DNA of 64,000 nt from Macrostomum lignano (Eukaryota): NCBI GenBank assembly GCA_002269645.1, contig NIVC01000172.1, forward strand, positions 334,558 through 398,557, in the 5' to 3' direction. The notes under the pieces are model-generated. The model ran no database searches. It worked only from the letters and a program-made list of their open reading frames with translations, and was not told where the DNA came from. Position numbers and translations under genes: made by a program. Below, one piece after another: positions 1 to 11,095 of the stretch. The first letter of the stretch is position 1; each line of letters begins with the position of its first letter.

Positions 1-1
1 T

Positions 2-1408
2 TCGAGTCAAATCGCAATTGTACTCAAGTTGCTCAATTTCGTCTAGCTCATTCGCAATGAAAAGACGTTTAGCAAAGTTCCGTCCGTATTCGAACATGGA
101 GCAATCTGACCATGACGGCGGCAGACTCCTTGTAGCTTGAAATCCTGGATGCGAACGGTTGAATTTTGCCATGGAGTTTTCAATAACAACATCGAGCCGG
201 CTGCGTTCGGTAAACTCTGGGGCATGTAGCCATTGGTACGGCTCCTGTCGCTCATTTATGCATTTGTCCTGCTTGATTGCAGCAAAGCTACATTCTACGA
301 GATAACGGAAAAGCGTAGCGCAGCGACTTGTATTTGCTTCGATTGATGTAAGCTTTCCTGGTATTGATCGGTCACCAACAGGAGCCTCATTATTTACAAA
401 TTCAAACTGCTCGTTTAGAACTCGGTCACCTGGACTGGTCGGAAATAGAAGCGTCGTGCAGCCTTTACTATTAGTCTCTATAAAGTCGCGGAAGTTAACC
501 GAAGTTGGTGAACAAAGTTGGTGGCTGTAACCTTTGTCGAAAATGCCAATAACGTGATAATCTTTCTGTACAGAGCACAGAATGCGCAACAAAATGGGCT
601 CTATTAGTCCTTCAGCCTCCATGTCAACTTGCATTGCAGTCAAATTCCCATCGCCCATTGTTGGCGAGATAGCGGCGGTAAGGGGAGCGGTGTAGATAAT
701 TTTTCCTCTACTGTTGACAACCGCCATTTTTTTGTTCACATTCATTTTCTTGCCGGAAAAGTAAGTTCGAATTTGCGTGTGGTGTGAGCTGCTCTTAGGG
801 AGATAAAAGTAAGTATGATCACCCACTAGAAGAACAAGCTTCTTGCCTTTGAGTAGTGTGTGAAATACACCGAGAATAAATTGATCGCGTACTACATTTT
901 CCTCAAGCAGAGTCTGAATCGGAGTCGACGCTATCGACCTCGGTTGATATGGATCCCGTAGGTACTGCTCCTTGGCAATCTCCCAAAAAATGTCGCATGC
1001 TCTTTGGGCAGAAATGTTGAAATCGAAAGCTAATGATTGAAAGCTGCAACCTTGGCGAAGCTTCTTCAGGTACAAAAATATTCGAGATGGCTTTGTCAAA
1101 ATACGAAGGCGAGATACTTCTGGTAACATTTCTGAGAAGCTATCGAAATCACTATAGCTAAGACCGCAAATACGTTTGAACTCCTTCTCATTTGCGGTTC
1201 GTGGAAAAAGGTTTGGGTTCAAAAAAACTTTCACATACTTACCACCGACCGCAAGAAACTGAAGCGCCTCTCGTGCGTTTCTCGGAGGCGCGAAGGCTCC
1301 AGACGATTCAGATGAGCAGCGACCACATCTAGTCGTTTCGAGATGTCGGTTCAAATTGGCTGCTTTGCTGAATTGATGACCACATTGAGAGCAAGTAAAA
1401 TCGGACAT
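2..1408 (-). CDS. PIF/Harbinger-ISL2EU (DDE_Tnp_4-like) transposase with N-terminal zinc finger; 3'-incomplete at the window edge (at least 469 aa)
   Basis: Manual translation from the ATG at 1408 is open to base 2: MSDFTCSQCGHQFSKAANLNRHLETTRC (zinc finger); RIFLYLKKLRQGCSFQSLAFDFNISAQRACDIFWEI (HTH_Tnp_4-like); LLVGDHTYFYLPKSS...TYFSGKK...MAVVNSRGKII (first D); TMGDG; WHFDKGY; EANTSRCATLFRYLVECSFAAIK (E). Absent from the ORF track because no stop falls inside the window. Confidence 0.85.
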   Translation of the reverse strand, partial: MSDFTCSQCGHQFSKAANLNRHLETTRCGRCSSESSGAFAPPRNAREALQFLAVGGKYVKVFLNPNLFPRTANEKEFKRICGLSYSDFDSFSEMLPEVSRLRILTKPSRIFLYLKKLRQGCSFQSLAFDFNISAQRACDIFWEIAKEQYLRDPYQPRSIASTPIQTLLEENVVRDQFILGVFHTLLKGKKLVLLVGDHTYFYLPKSSSHHTQIRTYFSGKKMNVNKKMAVVNSRGKIIYTAPLTAAISPTMGDGNLTAMQVDMEAEGLIEPILLRILCSVQKDYHVIGIFDKGYSHQLCSPTSVNFRDFIETNSKGCTTLLFPTSPGDRVLNEQFEFVNNEAPVGDRSIPGKLTSIEANTSRCATLFRYLVECSFAAIKQDKCINERQEPYQWLHAPEFTERSRLDVVIENSMAKFNRSHPGFQATRSLPPSWSDCSMFEYGRNFAKRLFIANELDEIEQLEYNCDLTR

Positions 1409-1723
1409 TACTAGCAAGTATAAAACGCAATCTGCAACAAATCTGCACCTGTCATAAAACTAAGTAAGAAAAACTGACCAAAACCTTAACTTCATTAATA
1501 TATCACTTAAAATATATCACTTAAACTAATGCTACAAATACTTGACGCACAGTATCAAAAATCTCTCGCCTAAAGTGGTCAAATCAAAACCGCGAAAACA
1601 TTCTCAAAAATCCGGAAAAATTAAACGACGGAAATATTACAATGCAAACAATATATAATAGCTAAAATAAAATACACCCGCTAATGCGATATTCGAATAG
1701 AATAGAGCTTCGTCACTTGAAAC

Positions 1724-2781
1724 CGGATGGGATGTCTCGGCGATTCTAGTCGTCTGGGCCGACAACTTATCGATTGCAGTCGGTTTGGTCCGGAGCTGAA
1801 CTTCGGGCTCCATTCCAGAGCCTTAAGTTGACACGAGATCCCCATTTTATCCCCTTTATCCCCTGGGACCCCAAGGAAGGGAGCCGGATGGGATGTCTCG
1901 GCGATTCTAGTCGTCTGGGCCGACAAGTTATCGATTGCAGTCGGTTTGGTCCGGAGCTGAACTTCGGGCTCCATTCCAGAGCCTTAAGTTGACATGAGAT
2001 CCCCATTTTATCCCCTTTATCCCCTGGGACCCCAAGGAAGGGAGCCGGATGGGATGTCTCGGCGATTCTAGTCGTCTGGGCCGACAAGTTATCGATTGCA
2101 GTCGGTTTGGTCCGGAGCTGAACTTCGGGCTCCATTCCAGAGCCTTAAGTTGACATGAGATCCCCATTTTATCCCCTTTATCCCCTGGGACCCCAAGGAA
2201 GGGAGCCGGATGGGATGTCTCGGCGATTCTAGTCGTCTGGGCCGACAAGTTATCGATTGCAGTCGGTTTGGTCCGGAGCTGAACTTCGGGCTCCATTCCA
2301 GAGCCTTAAGTTGACATGAGATCCCCATTTTATCCCCTTTATCCCCTGGGACCCCAAGGAAGGGAGCCGGATGGGATGTCTCGGCGATTCTAGTCGTCTG
2401 GGCCGACAACTTATCGATTGCAGTCGGTTTGGTCCGGAGCTGAACTTCGGGCTCCATTCCAGAGCCTTAAGTTGACATGAGATCCCCATTTTATCCCCTT
2501 TATCCCCTGGGACCCCAAGGAAGGGAGCCGGATGGGATGTCTCGGCGATTCTAGTCGTCTGGGCCGACAAGTTATCGATTGCAGTCGGTTTGGTCCGGAG
2601 CTGAACTTCGGGCTCCATTCCAGAGCCTTAAGTTGACATGAGATCCCCATTTTATCCCCTTTATCCCCTGGGACCCCAAGGAAGGGAGCCGGATGGGATG
2701 TCTCGGCGATTCTAGTCGTCTGGGCCGACAAGTTATCGATTGCAGTCGGTTTGGTCCGGAGCTGAACTTCGGGCTCCATTC
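1724..2781. repeat. 161-bp tandem repeat, about 6.5 near-identical copies
   Basis: The unit ccggatgggatgtctcggcg...ccccaaggaagggag recurs; identical spurious ORF starts are spaced exactly 161 bp apart (1974, 2135, 2296, 2457, 2618). Confidence 0.95.
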
Positions 2782-3654
2782 TGGTGCTTAAGTTGACATC
2801 CCCTTTCGTGAAACCCCATTGAGATGCGTGCCCGCTCGATGCTTGCGGATGGAAGGCTGATGTTACCCAGTGGTAAATACAATCCTCTGATTCAATGCCA
2901 CTTCCCAGTAAATCGGGACAGAGTGGTTCTGGTTGATCCTTCCGAGAGCAGCCAGGTTCTGCTGAAAGCTGCCAGTACCAAGTTGCTCTCTCAAGGTCGG
3001 TCTGGAGCGTATTATTACGGATACAGTGTGTATAGTTGCATCTCATTGAGGATTTAACAATGACATGAATGATGTGATTGCTGTAAGTAGCTGACTTAAT
3101 TTGGCTGTTTTGACAGCAGTTGTGCGGATGTACAAGCTAACCAAAAGTTAAGCCAAGAATCCGGCTTATTGACGAAACAAGAATGCAGCAGTACTACATG
3201 CAGTTCTATGCAGACACACAATGGCACAAAACAGTATTGTAAGCATCCAAGTAGCAAATTTCTTAGAGTCTCTGCCTATTGGCCTGACTATGAATGACGA
3301 GACAGCTAAATAGAACTATTCAATGCATGCAGAAGGGTCAATGCAGATTGAATGTTTATTATTCATCATTTCTGATAAGCTTAACTTGTAGCTACAGGCC
3401 TATTTTTGTCCTGGCAAAACGTCAAAATACGCATGTACACCTTTATATCAAGTGCAATGGAAGGACTACTCAAGTTTCTTGAAAAGTATTAGAAGACAGG
3501 TTTTACCGAAAAAATACACCAGGAAGAATAGTTTTTCATTTCTACAGCACACAGTTTCTCATTGCTTTTGATAGGACGCCGAACATATATTTTTTGATAT
3601 GACGCGTCTTTCTTATATCTCTATTGAAACTCGAGCTTTTTGTTTAGAAAAACG

Positions 3655-4590
3655 CAACAACAACAACAAAATACGCGGCCCCGCATGTCAGGTCGCTGCA
3701 TGTCAGGTGGCAGAGCATGAAAGCGGACGTAGTCCGCCCCGTTTTTAATTGGCAGTTTCGGGCGCCCAGCGAGGCATGGGAGGCAGTCCACGTATCGACG
3801 GGTTTGGGCCTGACCCCACCTGAACGGGCCCTGCAAGATGAGCAGCAGAATGTCCTGAACAGGTTGGGGGGCAGTATAGCCCTCAACCCGAATAACGTGG
3901 CCCGCCAGTTGAATTAGCCGCCGGGGCAGGATGATGGAGGAGCGCTACAGCTTGGCCTGATCGTACAGGGTCCCTGTCCCAACGCTCTCGTTAGCTCCAA
4001 AGGCCGCAAGGAGCAGGTCTGAGTGCGCCGAATCCAACTGCCGCTCCAGCGTAGCAGTCAGCATCAACGTCTCGGAGTTGTATAGCTGGACTGCTTCGAC
4101 CACCGACTGCCACAGCCGAGCCCTCCGGCGGTTGGGCAGTGCTTCGGAGTGGAGCAAGGACAGCTCGGATCGAACGGAAGGCCGCCCAGGCAAGTCCTCT
4201 GCGCCGCCGGAGGTCTTCGTCCACGTGAGACACCAGACTGCCGAGGTAAGATGAACCGCTGGCAGCGTGCGAGCGTGGTCGTCTGCCCGCCTGCGCCGCG
4301 GCTCGTGAGGTGCGCTGGGATGTCGGCCAGCACAGTTCAGCCTATTGACAACCATGCAGCTAGACGCTCGATGCCACCTCGACTAGCCTGTCGATCTGGC
4401 GCTGGACGCGCCTTCAACGGACGAGAACAGGAGGGGAGGTCGTCGGTGTAGCCACCCCGCACGCTCAGGCGCATTTTCGCAGTGGCGGCGACCGATGCGT
4501 CTGCGAAGCAGAAAGCCGTCGTCACCCGAGGGGGGGGGAGTGTGGTCCGAAGCACCCTGCAGTGATCAGGAGCAGCGAGGAACGGCACTA
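3655..4590 (-). mobile_element. Degenerate, 5'-truncated RTE-like non-LTR retrotransposon (RT C-terminal half)
   Basis: Frameshifted fragments: GYTDDL (YADD-like), HVDEDLRRRRGLAWAAFRSIRAVL, VVEAVQLYNSETLMLTATLERQLD, QGPFRWGQAQTRRYVDCL; (GTT)n tail near 3655-3670 on the minus strand. Confidence 0.75.
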
Positions 4591-5538
4591 GCAGCGTGTC
4601 GTCGAATGAAAAAAAATTACCATATAGAATCCCACTTTTTAACGCAAAACTTTATTAATATCAGCAGAGCTATAAGAAAGGCACAAAAAATGGAACAGTC
4701 TCTGCCTCCCCTATCGAATTAAGCAACTTTTTCTGTGCTGAAAAAATGAAAACTTCCATCTCCGTAGTGCAATTTTTCGGAAAAAACTGCCTCCTAAAAT
4801 TTTCCAAGAAACGAGGTTACCCATCTTTCTACCTGAGTAGTCCTTGGAATTTACTGGTAGTTTCCCACCGGTTCTGTTTGCATGTACAGTGTAATTCGAG
4901 TAGTCCTGAGTCTATACATGTATGTGCGTGATCATTATTATGTAAAGAAAGCTGCATGTACATTATAAATTTAGATTTCATGAACATTGTGAGATTAACG
5001 AAGTCCAATACACAATATGTACATGTACTCGTACATTTCGCTACAAAAAAAACTATTAAATGTACACATGTCCATGCAGCACTGACGTCGCCACTTTGCA
5101 ACATATTTAAGATTACAAGTAAACAGACACATGAAAGAAAATTAAGTTCCGTTTAACTACACTGCATCTGTTTAATGCAATTATTAGCGCCATTGAAAGA
5201 ATGGTTTTGCCATGGAACACGCGGGCCGAGCGAAGCCAAGGTTTTACTAGATAAACCACGTGAAAAATACGCAGGAGTTTGTATTTAAATTATTGGTTGG
5301 ACTTAAACGTAAAGTTTTTACAAAAGATACAATAATTTTTAAACCCTTTCTGGCAGTGCAATGGATCATAAGTAAGTTACATATTTTTGTTATAATAACC
5401 ACTTTTCGTGTTGCATCGACGCCATTTAGATTCTTGGAAAGTTTATTGTTCGCGCGTTTTATAAAGGTTTTTTCGCTTCGAAGTTAGTAACAACTTTCTT
5501 TCGTTATAGCTTAACCAGTTAAAATTGTCAATAGGAAG

Positions 5539-5764
5539 ATGCATTTATACAACTTAACACTACAGCGTGCGTCAATTATAACGCACGCCATCAATGGAAA
5601 CTTTTCAGGAACAAAAAACCAAGAAATTATTCTGGCAAAAGGAAAGATTATTGAGCTTTTGCGACCAGATCCTAATACTGGCAAAGTTTTTGTCATTCTA
5701 CAAACAGAGGTTTTTGGTGTAATTCGATCCCTCATGCCATTTAGGCTCACTGGTGGAAGCAAAG
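5539..5764 (+). CDS. SF3B3: Splicing factor 3B subunit 3 (SAP130), exon 1 of 11
   Basis: MHLYNLTLQRAS...LLRPDPNTGKV...RLTGGSK matches the SF3B3 N-terminus; donor G|gtaatt at 5765. Confidence 0.97.
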
Positions 5765-6334
5765 GTAATTTTTTAATATTTGAGTCCTTAGTTGTTGCAC
5801 TGTCTTGACTTAAAACTTTTGTTTTGTAAAGTTTTTTTACATTGACTTGAGTAATAGTTTAATTTCGAAAATCTGGATTTACTTTCTAGCATTCTGTTGG
5901 TAAAATGTGCTTTTGAAATGATTTTTAAATTTCTTCCTAGTTTTAATTTTATGCCTAATAATTTATAAATGATATAATAATCTCATTCTCAAAATGTGAA
6001 GATACTTTTATTTAAAATTAACATACAAAAAAGCAAACTGGCATGTATGCACAACCCTCCTGATGGCATTAAAACTAGCAATTTCAATATATAAACCTTT
6101 TATAAGATGTTTTAAAAAAAGTTTATTACTTTTATATTAATAGTAAAATTAAAACAATAAAAAATGAAATAAGTATTTGATAATAAAAAAATCAAGTTGC
6201 TTGGTTCAAATAAGACTTGTAGAATTTAAAATTTGTTTTATTTTTATAGACAAAACATTTTGTTTTTAAATTCCTAACTTAAGAATTTTTTAATGAAATA
6301 TAGGCCCTAGCCTAGCTAGGTATATCAATAAATA

Positions 6335-6895
6335 GCAATAGTGCAGTTTTGTTTGCAAAATTATTTTTCATTTAAATTTGAAAGTTTGAAACCAGAAAAC
6401 AATAACAACAATAAAAAATGATGTTTTAAACCATTCTAACAGTTGTGGCAGAGACCGTGGCAGCCATCAAGTCGCACGCATTTAGCTTTAGTTGCGATAG
6501 AGCATTCGCTGGCAGCACTTCATTCGACAGAATTATCCATGAGGGTCTTGGTGGACCTCCAGCCATGATGCAATATGTTGTCCAAAAGAAAAAGCAGATA
6601 TTAGGCCTAGCAGCTTCTTAGCTAAAGGGAAACAGTTCAAGCCCCCCCACTTGAGCCCCTTTCGATTTTTTTTAAACTATTTTTTCCATAGACAATTTGT
6701 GTTTCAAATAGCATTTGAGCGTGGCATAGATTTAATGAAAAAAGTATATTAATAGAGTGGCCATTTGCTTTAAAGTTCTATGACTAGTGAGCTCTGGCAC
6801 AGTTGCTAGAATGGTTTAAAACTATTATTGTTTTCTGGTTTCGAACTTTCAAATTTAAACGAAAAATAATTTCGCAAACAAAACTATGCTATTGC
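6335..6895. mobile_element. MITE-like element with about 110-bp imperfect inverted repeats in SF3B3 intron 1
   Basis: 6335-6452 (gcaatagtgcagttttgtttgcaaaattatttttc...aaaccattctaacagttgtggcaga) is the approximate reverse complement of 6793-6895. No clear TSD found. Confidence 0.6.
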
Positions 6896-7517
6896 CCAAT
6901 AAACCATAGGGCTTACATAGTTATTTTTGTGCTAGTTCATTTTTTCATTGGTTTTTAGAAAAGGCTTTTACTATATATTTCTATTTTCCAATGTTTTCTA
7001 ATTTTTAATAAGCTATTATTTTTACTCTTAAAAATTTTAATATCTAATTCTATGATTATGAATTTAAATAATTAAATATTAGGCCTAATGCTTGAACTTT
7101 TTTTGTAGTCTAAAAGATGGCTTTTATATTAGAAATTTTTAGCCTTTTTTAACCCTTATTGAGAACCTTAATATAGATAAATAAATAAATAAATGGAAAG
7201 ATCCTAGAGACAGACTTTTAGCATTCATATGCTCACAAAAAGCTTAGAGGGACAGGAAGTAGCATTAAGTAAGGTGAGGTAAGATAGCCTAAAGGTCACT
7301 AGCCACTAGCAAAGGTCTTTAGAAGTGTCTCAGTATGCGCATGTCCATGGCAATATAGGTTGCATGATGGATTGAGCATGATGATAGCAAGGGGTTTATT
7401 TCTCCTTACATCTATAGCTAAATAGCAAGTGGCTAATAAGAGAAGTTGCTATCTGTATTTTGAGTATAGAGGTCACTTAGTAGGATGTTAGAGCAAGCAG
7501 TGAGTGTGTAGTTTGAT

Positions 7518-7804
7518 CATACATGCGCAACAGTCGGCCGATCCGGCCGACCGATTTGGCGGCCAACCAAGGAAGTCGAAAAAATGCCAACCCGAAAAAC
7601 ACTGAGTAGTAGTACTAAGTAGCTGACGAGGCATTTTGGCTTTATAAGACAGTCATAGTTACTCCTGCCGTTTACCCAAAGTTGCGTTAATTTTGCTTTC
7701 GGGTTTTTTTACATGTAAGTCGCATTTTTGGCCAAAAACTACGTCGCATTTTTGTTAAAACTAAGTCGCATGGCCGACCAAAATTTGGAGGTTGCGCATG
7801 TATG
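7518..7804. mobile_element. hAT-type MITE (287 bp) containing a 28S rRNA-derived fragment
   Basis: Perfect 14-bp TIR catacatgcgcaac / gttgcgcatgtatg; perfect 8-bp TSD agtttgat (7510-7517 and 7805-7812). Confidence 0.9.
7614..7677 (-). rRNA. 28S rRNA fragment (H69-H71 region), non-functional, inside the MITE
   Basis: The minus strand reads GGGTAAACGGCAGGAGTAACTATGACTGTCTTATAAAGCCAAAATGCCTCGTCAGCTACTTAGT, against the conserved eukaryotic GGGTAAACGGCGGGAGTAACTATGACTCTCTTAAGGTAGCCAAATGCCTCGTCATCTAATTAGT. Confidence 0.8.
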
Positions 7805-9240
7805 AGTTTGATAGCCTTTTAGGATAACAGAAGTTGAGAGCAAACTGCAACAAAGCTCTGAATGTGGCATTGAGAGCCTAGTTGCAAGATTCTATGACCA
7901 TCAGAGCTTTGAGACCATAGAGAAAAATTAGTTCCATAGCAGCTTGGCAAATCCTAATTTTAAGTTGGTTAAACATAGGCAAACTAAAGATAGGGCTCTG
8001 TTGCCAAGCAGCTCTCTAGGCTTGTGCATGGTAGTTAATAATGATGTTGTCCAAAGAGAGACCACTAGCAAGCCAAGGTAGTGGAAATCCAAGCAGTAAA
8101 AGATTTTGTTGCCATTTAGGAAGGTGAGAGTAGGTGGGTTGCTGATGCTAATGTGGAGTACTTCAGTCTTGCAGGTGTAAGGGATTTAATGTAAATTAAG
8201 GAAAGGATGGCCTTGGTTAGCCCGTGTTGGCATGTTAGAAGTCAGTCGACGACAGAGTCCTGTGTTGCACTACAGAAGAAATTTGGCAATAGGTGCATGG
8301 TGATTAACTTCTTTGGTTGGTGTTGGACACTTTGATCCATTAATGACGACGGTGGTGATATGCTCGGATATGACAATGCTTCTTGTGTTGATAGCTGTGA
8401 CAACTAAGGCGATGGAGATGGTGATGCTGGCTAATTATTTACAGTAATGCTGATGCTCCATGATGCTGTCACTGGCAGGGCATGTGCCCTCCAATCTAAG
8501 ATATGCTGATAGTGCCTCACCAGACCAGTTGCAAGGATTTATTGTAAATTAAGGAAAGGAAAAGAGCTAGGCGATGGTTCTTATTTTATTTGGTTAAAAG
8601 ACAGTGGTGTAAAAAGTAAAGAGAAGTAAAGATTATCTGCAGTTGGCACCGTTTATTTATAGCCATCAGGAACATCGCCAGAAACTTCTAGAACATTCTA
8701 AGCATTATAACAAAACAAATATTAATTATTGATTCCTATTAGATTTACATTAACTTTAGTACTGCCTTACTGTAATAAATTATACATTGAATATTTATAA
8801 ATGTGTGTATTGAAATTAGCTACTGAGAAGAAATTTCAAGAATTTAGTTTGTACTCTATGGGGAAATTTCTAGAAATAAATAATTCATAATTAATGCATC
8901 AAACTTTTGCGAAGGTCACTACACAGGCATTCACCTTGGTATACATTAGTCATATGGAATATGCAATCTATATATATAGAATTTTCAAGTCCAACATTGG
9001 TATATAGTTTGTGTACAAATCTTGCCAAACTTAGGTTTGGAACCCTAGAAAAAAGATTTTAAAGCTTGTCTAAGAACTGTAACTGTGATTTATTGAGTGG
9101 CCAATATTACTAAAATGCGAAATATGCATTCCTGTAACCATATCTGTAACTATGACAGCATTTTAAGTTACAATAACTTATTTTTGTGTTGACAAATTGC
9201 TAGTCTTACTACAAGCAACTCGCCTCACACCCAAACTCAG

Positions 9241-9528
9241 ACTTCATAGTGGTTGGCTCAGACTCCGGTCGGATCGTCATCCTGGAGTACAATCCCACTA
9301 GGAATCAGTTCGAGAAGCTGCACCAGGAGACATTTGGCAAGAGCGGCTGCCGCAGAATCGTGCCCGGCCAGTACCTGGCCGTGGATCCGAAGGGTCGCGC
9401 CGTTATGATTGGCGCTATTGAGAAGCAGAAGCTGGTGTACATTCTTAATAGAGACTCGCAGGCCAGGCTGACCATCTCCAGTCCACTGGAGGCTTTCAAG
9501 TCTCACACGCTTGTCTACCACATGGTTG
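9241..9528 (+). CDS. SF3B3: SF3B3 exon 2
   Basis: cag|AC TTC ATA GTG = (D)[16 protein letters not shown]...[16 protein letters not shown]; donor gtgagt at 9529; phases match. Confidence 0.97.
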
Positions 9529-9585
9529 GTGAGTGACTCAAAGGTTTACTGTGGCGAGCCTTGATGTCTCTTAAAAAATTCTCAT

Positions 9586-10270
9586 CTATCCCACAATCCC
9601 TCAGTCCCAGAATCCCCAGTCCCAGAATCCCCAGTCCCAGAATCCCTCAGTCCCAGAATCCCAAATTCCCAGAATCCGCCAGTCCCAGATTCCCTCAGTC
9701 CCACAATCCTTCAGTCCCAGAATCCCCAGTCCCAGAATCCCCAGTCCCAGAATCCCTCAGTCCCAGAATTCTTTAGTCCCAGAATCCCAAATTCCCAGAA
9801 TCCGCCAGTCCCAGATTCCCTCAGTCCCACAATCCTTCAGTCCCAGAATCCCCAGTCCCAGAATCCCCAGTCCCAGAATCCCTCAGTCCCAGAATTCTTT
9901 AGTCCCAGAATCCCAAATTCCCAGAATCCGCCAGTCCCAGATTCCCTCAGTCCCACAATCCTTCAGTCCCAGAATCCCCAGTCCCAGAATCCCTCAGTCC
10001 CAGAATTCTTTAGTCCCACAATCCTTCAGTCCCAGAATTCCTTAGTCCCAGAGTCCCTCAGTCCCAAAATCCCCAGTCCCAGAATCCCTCAGTCCCAGAA
10101 TCCCCAGTCCCAGAATCCCTCAGTCCCAGAGTCCCTTAGTCCCAGAATCCCTCAGTCCCAGAATTCTTTAGTCCCAGAATCCCAAATTCCCAGAATCCGC
10201 CAGTCCCAGATTCCCTCAGTCCCACAATCCTTCACTCCAGGATCCCTCAGTCCCAGAATCCTGCAGTCCA
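9586..10270. repeat. About 14-bp minisatellite (cagtcccagaatcc) in SF3B3 intron 2
   Basis: Direct tandem copies with higher-order variants are visible. Confidence 0.95.
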
Positions 10271-10306
10271 CAATCGCACAGTCCTTTACCCCCCGCCGGC
10301 CCTCAG

Positions 10307-10713
10307 GCATGGACGTCGGCTACGAGAATCCGATGTTCGCCTGCATCGAGATGGACTTCGAAGAGGCCGACACGGACACCAGCGGAGAGGCAGCTCAGAA
10401 GGCGCTGCAGCACCTGACCTACTACGAACTGGACCTCGGCCTCAACCACGTGGTCCGCAAGTACTCGGAGCCGTTGGAGGAACACGCCAACTTCCTCATC
10501 TGCGTGCCCGGCGGCCAAGAAGGCCCCAGCGGCCTGCTAGTCTGCTCGGAAAACTACATCACCTATAAGCACTCTGGTGACCAGCCCGATATTCGAATCC
10601 CGTTGCCTAGGCGACGCAACGATTTGGACGATCCCGATAGGTCTGTCATGCTGGTGTGCGCCGCTTCTCACAAGACTAAAACCATGTTCTTCTTTCTGGT
10701 GCAGACTGAGCAG
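10307..10713 (+). CDS. SF3B3: SF3B3 exon 3
   Basis: GMDVGYENPMFACIEMD...YELDLGLNHVVRKY...FFFLVQTEQ; AG/GT boundaries. Confidence 0.97.
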
Positions 10714-10759
10714 GTAAAGCCATTTGCTTTCAGGTTTTGCTTCTTCCCTTTACTCACCT

Positions 10760-11060
10760 CTCCCTCTCGCCTGCCCCTCCGCCCATCGTACACTGACTTT
10801 CGCCTTCTCTCCGTCTCACCCCGCCTTCTCTCCGTTTCCTCCCTCGCCTTCTCCCCGTCTCACCCTCGCCTTCTCCCCGTCTCACCCTCGCCTTCTCTCC
10901 GTCTCCTCCATCGCCTTCTCTCCGTCTCACCCCGCCTTCTCTCCGTTTACTCCCTCGCCTTCTCCCCGTCTCCCTCTCGCCTTCTCCCCGTCTCCCTCTC
11001 GCCTTCTCCCCGTCTCCCTCTCGTCTTCTCCCCGTCTCCCCTCTCGCCTTCTCTCCGTCT
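10760..11060. repeat. Polypyrimidine minisatellite (ctcgccttctctccgtctcacc-like) in intron 3
   Basis: Tandem degenerate copies. Confidence 0.9.
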
Positions 11061-11095
11061 TGCTCACTATCAAGCTCAATTGAACTCCATCTCAG

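Larger units (their letters stand above)
7290..8560 (-). mobile_element. Highly decayed RTE-like LINE relic in intron 1, interrupted by a hAT MITE
   Basis: Minus-strand remnants read DFHYLGLL, QA*RAA, KIRICQAAMEL, LYGLKAL and PLAIIMLNPS...GHAHTETL, with many stops. They resemble the RT C-terminus of the element at 3655-4590. Confidence 0.55.

Noticed and set aside
1724-2781. Possible CRISPR array or ribozyme array
   Set aside because: The units are fully identical with no unique spacers, the context is eukaryotic, and no hammerhead (CUGANGA/GAAA) or twister core was found.
1681-3046. Repeated 97-211 aa MEPEVQLRTK ORFs
   Set aside because: Products of the 161-bp tandem repeat (not a multiple of 3), with no recognisable domain.
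5222-5250. Helitron-like 3' end (gccgagcgaagcc...CTAG)
   Set aside because: The hairpin is weak, CTAG is followed by A rather than T, and no matching 5' TC end was identified.
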